Shown one piece after another: positions 59,065-64,000 of a stretch of 64,000 nt of DNA; position 1 is the first letter of the stretch, and every line of letters begins with the position of its first letter. This DNA comes from a virus, in IMG/VR virus record IMGVR_UViG_3300005581_000008, positions 2,862 to 66,861 of that record; one strand, written 5' to 3'. The notes under the pieces are model-generated. The model was not told where the DNA came from and searched no databases. It saw nothing but the letters and a program-made list of their open reading frames with translations. The translations under genes were made by a program, and so were the position numbers.

Positions 59065-59816
59065 TACAATAGATCTTTATAGTCATTCAAAATGATGTTT
59101 ATAATTCGTGGAGATATTAATTTTATTCTGCGTTTCGCTTCATTATTATTTTGAAACCAAATTAAGTTAGTCACAGAAACTGCGCCAGCTGTACCTGAGT
59201 TAACTACAAAACCTGCAGCATTCTCATAATGATGAATATAGTTTTCTCTATTAGTTGTTTCTATTGTTAGGGTTGTTCCAGATGTTACTATTGGTACATA
59301 AGATATAGCAAATTTAAATGTATTTTCTGTTACTTCAGTTACAGTAAATGTTCCATTAGGAACTGTTACAGTCGAACCAGTTGTTGTTAGAGATAATGCA
59401 CCACCAGTAACAGTAACTGTAGTAGTAGGGCTAACTAATATTCCATGTAGTGGAGCAGTAACAGTAATCTTTCCGCTAGAATATACCCAACTTGTTGCAG
59501 TAATTGTAGGATTGAATATAGCCTTAGCTGCACTAATACAATTATTATCTGTTAGTGGCCAATCGCTTAGATAATCATATCTCTGATTTGCCAACATTAA
59601 AATCCAATGATATTCTGGGTCTCCATAAACTCGTTCTGCTACAATTTCTGGAGTATCTCCATCCATAATATCATATTCGTCAAAGACTGCAATGTTATCT
59701 AATACTTCTTTTCTGAAACGAACATTCCTAGTTATATCTTTAACTATGTGAGTTTTAGTTTTAAAATCACCATATTTAAAATCGTATAAGAATACTGGAA
59801 ATTCTTTAAAGTACAT
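59064..59816 (-). CDS. gp53: Baseplate wedge protein
   Basis: MYFKEFP, DGDTPEIVAERVYGDPEYHWILMLAN, WP, IHHYE, NEAKRRIKL. Confidence 0.9.
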   Translation of the reverse strand: MYFKEFPVFLYDFKYGDFKTKTHIVKDITRNVRFRKEVLDNIAVFDEYDIMDGDTPEIVAERVYGDPEYHWILMLANQRYDYLSDWPLTDNNCISAAKAIFNPTITATSWVYSSGKITVTAPLHGILVSPTTTVTVTGGALSLTTTGSTVTVPNGTFTVTEVTENTFKFAISYVPIVTSGTTLTIETTNRENYIHHYENAAGFVVNSGTAGAVSVTNLIWFQNNNEAKRRIKLISPRIINIILNDYKDLL

Positions 59817-60928
59817 TATAGACCATCCTCAATCTTATCTTTGGTTAATAGAGCCAACTCACGGAATGACATCTGAACATTAATCTGTGTGGGCATGCCG
59901 TTATCGAATGTAGTAAAATTACCATTTGGAGTATAGTTGATACTCATCTCAGTCAATACACATGATGTGTGGCGATGTATATGTGTATTTTCTAATCCAC
60001 CCTGATAATAGAAGATATCAAATTCAGATGGATATATGTAAACAAAATTATTTGCATCTTTAAATTCAGGATGCATGTGGTATTTAAATTGTTGAATAAT
60101 TCTTAATACATTTTCTGCTTCGCCAGAACTTCTAGGAAAGAACTGGTATTCGAACTGGAATGTTCTAAAATCTACACCTTTAAATACTTGTTCTTTCTTT
60201 GGGTTTGCAGCTAAGCCTGTAGCTGCAGAGTTTGCGGCAGAATTTGGTCCTTTTGATAACATCAAGTTAGTTACCATAGCCTGTGCTGGATCAGCTAAAT
60301 CTTTAATCTTACCACCACTGCTTGTTGCTTTTAAAATCTCTTCAATACCAGAAGTTGCCATTGCCATCGCTAAAGTGTCTTCTTCACTCCACTGCATTCC
60401 ATAGCGAATTTGAAGCTGGTTTGGAATATGTAATGCGATGGCAGTCTTTAATCTTTTCTGTGCTCGTGAAGCAGTGGCTGCATAGTTAGCTGTTGCTGCA
60501 GCACCGACTGTAGATAGTGCAGCTACACCACCTGAAACACCACCTGCTCCTAGGGCTTTACCTAATAGCGCACCACCAACATTTAATCCTGCGTTGGCTG
60601 CGAATAGTTCTGTGGTTGATACATCTGTGGCAATCAAATCTCCACGATCTCTTGGAGTAATCTCTTTAACAAATAGATCTTCATTATCTTGTTTACCAAG
60701 TTTAGAGTCTACTTGAACATTGATGTAAAATACTACATAGTTACCACCATATATTCCTGTTGGCGATAGCAAATCGTCTGGGTAAGAAAATTGCTCAGTA
60801 TTGTACTTATTAGAAAACTCTGATGGATTTTTTCCACGACTTCCGTACTTTATACCACCTTTTAGTGGTATAGACTGAGGTCCAGAATCAGTAATGCTGG
60901 CTAAACTTGCGTCTGGGTCAAATGCCAT
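59816..60928 (-). CDS. gp48: Baseplate tail tube cap
   Basis: IALHIP, NPKKEQVFKGVDFRTFQFEYQFFPRS, VLTEMSINYTP, FREL. Confidence 0.85.
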   Translation of the reverse strand: MAFDPDASLASITDSGPQSIPLKGGIKYGSRGKNPSEFSNKYNTEQFSYPDDLLSPTGIYGGNYVVFYINVQVDSKLGKQDNEDLFVKEITPRDRGDLIATDVSTTELFAANAGLNVGGALLGKALGAGGVSGGVAALSTVGAAATANYAATASRAQKRLKTAIALHIPNQLQIRYGMQWSEEDTLAMAMATSGIEEILKATSSGGKIKDLADPAQAMVTNLMLSKGPNSAANSAATGLAANPKKEQVFKGVDFRTFQFEYQFFPRSSGEAENVLRIIQQFKYHMHPEFKDANNFVYIYPSEFDIFYYQGGLENTHIHRHTSCVLTEMSINYTPNGNFTTFDNGMPTQINVQMSFRELALLTKDKIEDGL

Positions 60929-60944
60929 GTTTTTTTTCCTAGGA

Positions 60945-60951
60945 CTAAATA
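60945..60951 (+). promoter_or_regulatory. Late promoter (CTAAATA) for gp4
   Basis: In the divergent gp48/gp4 gap. Confidence 0.55.
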
Positions 60952-60969
60952 GTTGGTTAATACTTATAT

Positions 60970-60976
60970 TATTTAG
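60970..60976 (-). promoter_or_regulatory. Late promoter (CTAAATA) for gp48 and the baseplate operon
   Basis: In the divergent gp48/gp4 gap. Confidence 0.55.
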
Positions 60977-60978
60977 GC

Positions 60979-61410
60979 ATGTTTCATAAAAGAAAGTTTA
61001 CCCCAGTTTTTCCAGAAAAGTATAAAGGCGACCCAACGAACATTATAATGAGAAGTTCGTGGGAAACCATGTTTGCTAACTGGTGCGATAAGAACTCCAA
61101 TATAATTAACTGGAGTTCAGAGGAAACTATAATCCCATATCGTTGCCCGACCGATAACCTTATTCATCGCTATTTTGTTGATTTTAAGATAACTATTAAT
61201 ACAGGAAAAACTTACCTAGTAGAAGTTAAGCCAAAATATCAAACAATTGCACCAGTGTATCCAGGGAAAAGAACCAAAAGATATCTCACAGAATCCTATG
61301 CGTATATGAAAAACCAAGCTAAATGGGAAGCTGCTAATATTTATGCTAAAGATAGAGGGTGGGAGTTTAAGATAATAACTGAACACGAGTTGGGTATATC
61401 ACCTAAATAA
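60979..61410 (+). CDS. gp4: Head completion nuclease (TnsA-like fold)
   Basis: PEKYKGDPTNIIMRSSWE, WSSEE, HRYFVDF, EVKP, NQAKW, FKIITE. Confidence 0.92.
   Translation: MFHKRKFTPVFPEKYKGDPTNIIMRSSWETMFANWCDKNSNIINWSSEETIIPYRCPTDNLIHRYFVDFKITINTGKTYLVEVKPKYQTIAPVYPGKRTKRYLTESYAYMKNQAKWEAANIYAKDRGWEFKIITEHELGISPK
61403..61409 (+). promoter_or_regulatory. Late promoter (CTAAATA) 5 nt before the gp2 ATG
   Basis: Overlaps the gp4 stop codon; same spacing as the gp25 promoter. Confidence 0.5.
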
Positions 61411-61414
61411 TCTT

Positions 61415-62014
61415 ATGGCTAAACAAACATTACTCGATGTATTCGAGAGAAACCAGTACGATTTAAAGACTTCTGTTAAGAAGAGTCGTTCGTGGTTTGA
61501 GCAACAGGTCTTATTAATGACCAAGCAGCAAATCACCCCTCCGAGGGTGCTTGCTGGTAATCCAGATCAGCTAGCAACTAGAGTGTTACCTGGACACCTG
61601 TATATGTTTCTTTATGATCCTAAGACTAAGGCAGATTTACCGTATTATGACAGGTTTCCACTAGTGTTTCCATTTAGAAAAACCCCAGATGGGTTTATCG
61701 GATTGAATATGCACTATCTTCCATATCAGCTAAGAATACAGTTGTTAGATAATCTGTTAGTATTTGCAAACAATCAAAGATTTGATGAGACTACTAGAAT
61801 TAAGTATTCTTGGGCATTGATTGATGGTGTTTCAAAATATAAAGCAGCGCAACCATGTATAAAACAGTATCTCTCTGGACATGTTAGATCTCAGTTTAGA
61901 CAAGTAACTTCTTCTGACTGGGCAACTGCTATGTTACTTCCAGTTGAGAGATTTGTTGGTGCTTCCAAACAAGAAATCTGGGCAGACTCCAGAAAGATAA
62001 TTAGAAAGAGCTAA
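61415..62014 (+). CDS. gp2: DNA end protector protein
   Basis: YDPKTKADLPYYDRFPLV, GLNMHYL, CIKQYL, LPVERF. Confidence 0.92.
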   Translation: MAKQTLLDVFERNQYDLKTSVKKSRSWFEQQVLLMTKQQITPPRVLAGNPDQLATRVLPGHLYMFLYDPKTKADLPYYDRFPLVFPFRKTPDGFIGLNMHYLPYQLRIQLLDNLLVFANNQRFDETTRIKYSWALIDGVSKYKAAQPCIKQYLSGHVRSQFRQVTSSDWATAMLLPVERFVGASKQEIWADSRKIIRKS

Positions 62015-62016
62015 GA

Positions 62017-62751
62017 ATGCCATTACTACCAGCAGACACTCCAAGGCAAGACTCTAAACCTAAAGCAATTAATGAATTTATTGCTCAGGTAAGGGGATCT
62101 GGTATGATGAGGCAGAATAGATTTGCCGTCTTATTAACTCCACCTGTTAGTATCCTTCCAGAAAACTTAAAACATGTTCTGTTATTTTGCGATAGTGTTC
62201 AGCTTCCTGGAACCAATTTCTCTACAGTACAAAATAGAACATATGGTGAATTTAGAGAAGTCCCTTACGAAAAATTATATGATCCGTGTAGCTTAACTTT
62301 TTATGTTGATGGTGATTTAAAAGTTAAACAACTATTTGATAGATGGACAAATCAGATTCAAGATCCTATTACAAGAAATTTTAATTATTATGATAACTAT
62401 GTATGTGATATGACTATTCAAGTACAAGATCTACAAGACAATAGTAGATATGATATGATTCTTCACGAATGTTATCCAAAAACAGTTGGGTCTATTCAAT
62501 TAGACCATAATAATAAAGATGTTATGAAATTGACTGTTACAATGCAATTTAAGTGGCATGAAACATATGCGCAACAAGTGTTATACACATATGAACAGGT
62601 TTCATCTGAAGATATAGAAAGAGCTAATAAAGATTTTACTGGTTATCAACAAACAGTTAATAAATCGTTCCTACAAAGAGCGGGAGACTATTTAACTGGT
62701 TCAGCTATAACTTATGGTATTACAAAACTTCCAGGACTTTTGAGATTCTAA
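62017..62751 (+). CDS. Baseplate tail tube initiator (gp54-like, tube-fold)
   Basis: RQNRFAV, CDSVQLPG, LTFYVD, YYDNY, ECYPKTVG. Confidence 0.72.
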   Translation: MPLLPADTPRQDSKPKAINEFIAQVRGSGMMRQNRFAVLLTPPVSILPENLKHVLLFCDSVQLPGTNFSTVQNRTYGEFREVPYEKLYDPCSLTFYVDGDLKVKQLFDRWTNQIQDPITRNFNYYDNYVCDMTIQVQDLQDNSRYDMILHECYPKTVGSIQLDHNNKDVMKLTVTMQFKWHETYAQQVLYTYEQVSSEDIERANKDFTGYQQTVNKSFLQRAGDYLTGSAITYGITKLPGLLRF

Positions 62752-62757
62752 TAAATA
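62751..62757 (+). promoter_or_regulatory. Late promoter (ATAAATA) for gp16/gp26
   Basis: Followed by a GAGG Shine-Dalgarno and the ATG at 62775. Confidence 0.55.
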
Positions 62758-62774
62758 CAAAATTGAGGTAAATT

Positions 62775-63188
62775 ATGAAGATTGATAATTCGTTATCTAC
62801 TGAGTTTGGGATACAACCAATGGGCAACACTGAGGTGATAACAAAAACTGGAGAAGTTATTAACGACTCTACAAATAAAATTGAAGCAGATTATGATACA
62901 ACTCGTAACAATCTTCGTGTTTTATTACAGCAAGGGCAGGAAGCACTACAGAAGTCACTCGATGTGGCTATGCAGTCTGAGCATCCAAGAGCATTTGAAG
63001 TTGTTGGTAATTTGATGAAACAGTTGGCTGATATTAACCAACAGTTATTGGATCTACACCAACAGAAACAAAAGTTAGATGGACCAAAAGAAGGTTCACG
63101 AAAAGAAGTGACGAATAACAATGTTATCTTTACAGGTAGCACTGCTGAGTTGAATAAGTTAATTAAGAATATGTCTAAAGGAGAATAA
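62775..63188 (+). CDS. gp16: Terminase small subunit
   Basis: DYDTTRNNL...ALQKSLDVAMQSEHPRAFEV...NNNVIFTGSTAEL. Confidence 0.88.
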   Translation: MKIDNSLSTEFGIQPMGNTEVITKTGEVINDSTNKIEADYDTTRNNLRVLLQQGQEALQKSLDVAMQSEHPRAFEVVGNLMKQLADINQQLLDLHQQKQKLDGPKEGSRKEVTNNNVIFTGSTAELNKLIKNMSKGE

Positions 63189-63190
63189 TT

Positions 63191-63907
63191 ATGGCATTGC
63201 CAAAGAATAGTACACCAATTTATAACTTGGTGGTTCCGTCAACTAAAAAGTCTGTTACATATAGACCATTTTTAGTTAAAGATCAAAAAGCACTTTTAGT
63301 GGCACAGCAAAGTGATGATCCTAGAGTTATGATTGATACTTTAAAAGAAGTTATTAAATCTTGTATTACAGAAACTATTGATGTTAATAAATTAGCAATG
63401 TTTGATATTGAATATATCTTCACACAGCTAAGATCTAAGTCTGTCGGTGAAACTGTTGATATTGTTTTATCCTGTGATGTAGATCACGGAGAAGATAACG
63501 CAAAATCTAAGATTCAACATACAATAGATCTATCGCAATTGAATGTTGAAGAAAAAGAAGGACACACTAATAAAATAGAGTTGTTTGGAACAGTAGGTGT
63601 TGTTATGAGATACCCAAATATTGATGATATCAAAAAGCTGCAGGGTGGAGTAACAGCTGAGGATACATTTAAATTAGTAGCGTCTTCAATTGATTACATT
63701 TATGACTCTGACCAAGTGTATTATTCAAAAGATCAAACTGAAACTGAGTTAATGGATTTTATTAACAATCTGACTTCTGAACAGTTCAGTAAAATACAAA
63801 GTTTCTTTGATACAATGCCAAAGCTGTCCCACACTATTAATTATAATTGTCCTGTTTGTAATAAAGCGCATACCGTCCACTTGGAGGGAATGCAAAGTTT
63901 TTTTTAA
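63191..63907 (+). CDS. gp26: Baseplate hub assembly protein
   Basis: MALPK, YRPFLVK, FDIEYIFTQLRSKSVGE, MRYP, FFDTMPKL, CPVC...LEGMQSFF. Confidence 0.88.
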   Translation: MALPKNSTPIYNLVVPSTKKSVTYRPFLVKDQKALLVAQQSDDPRVMIDTLKEVIKSCITETIDVNKLAMFDIEYIFTQLRSKSVGETVDIVLSCDVDHGEDNAKSKIQHTIDLSQLNVEEKEGHTNKIELFGTVGVVMRYPNIDDIKKLQGGVTAEDTFKLVASSIDYIYDSDQVYYSKDQTETELMDFINNLTSEQFSKIQSFFDTMPKLSHTINYNCPVCNKAHTVHLEGMQSFF

Positions 63908-64000
63908 TAAACCTTTGTCATGACAGCTTGGTGAATCATTATAAAATGAATTTTGCCTTGATGCAGTACCACAAATATGCTTTATCAGATATTGATAACA
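63898..64000 (+). CDS. Partial gp51-like baseplate assembly catalyst, in the -1 frame relative to gp26
   Basis: Manual translation FFLINLCHDSLVNHYKMNFALMQYHKYALSDIDN; NFALMQxHKY is typical of gp51-like ORFs that follow gp26. Confidence 0.75.

Noticed and set aside
60979-61410. TnsA-like nuclease as a transposon or homing endonuclease
   Set aside because: Motifs and position next to gp2 match the conserved gp4 head completion protein.
1-64000. tRNA/rRNA genes, introns, inteins, alternative genetic code
   Set aside because: Intergenic gaps are too short, gp17 and gp20 are uninterrupted and of normal size, and ORFs are intact under the standard code.

Overview
This window is the virion-morphogenesis (late) region of an AT-rich T4-like myophage. 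On the minus strand are the head, neck and tail genes gp67-like, gp20, gp19, gp18, gp17, gp15, gp14 and gp13. They are followed by a long block of fibre/adhesin genes (S74-chaperone fibres, three RCC1-repeat proteins) and the baseplate genes (VrlC-like, gp8-, gp7-, gp6-, gp25-, PAAR-, gp5-, gp27-, gp53-, gp48-like). A divergent plus-strand block carries gp4, gp2, gp54-like, gp16, gp26 and a partial gp51-like ORF. The standout is a 9-gene, 8.4 kb cassette of overlapping genes (28200-36618) embedded in the late structural operon between two paralogous fibre genes. It encodes two radical SAM/SPASM enzymes, a cobalamin-binding radical SAM enzyme, two paralogous cupin oxygenases, three unknown proteins, and a 173-aa protein ending in FYCHSNCHGSCHGSI. 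This looks like a phage-encoded RiPP-like system that may post-translationally modify a virion protein (inference). Other notable points: a probable -1 frameshift joining gp26 to gp51, a gp5 spike with two cell-wall hydrolase domains, a displaced small terminase, and degenerate (C/A)TAAATA late promoters, two of which imply leaderless mRNAs. All family assignments come from motif recognition and synteny; no database searches were run.
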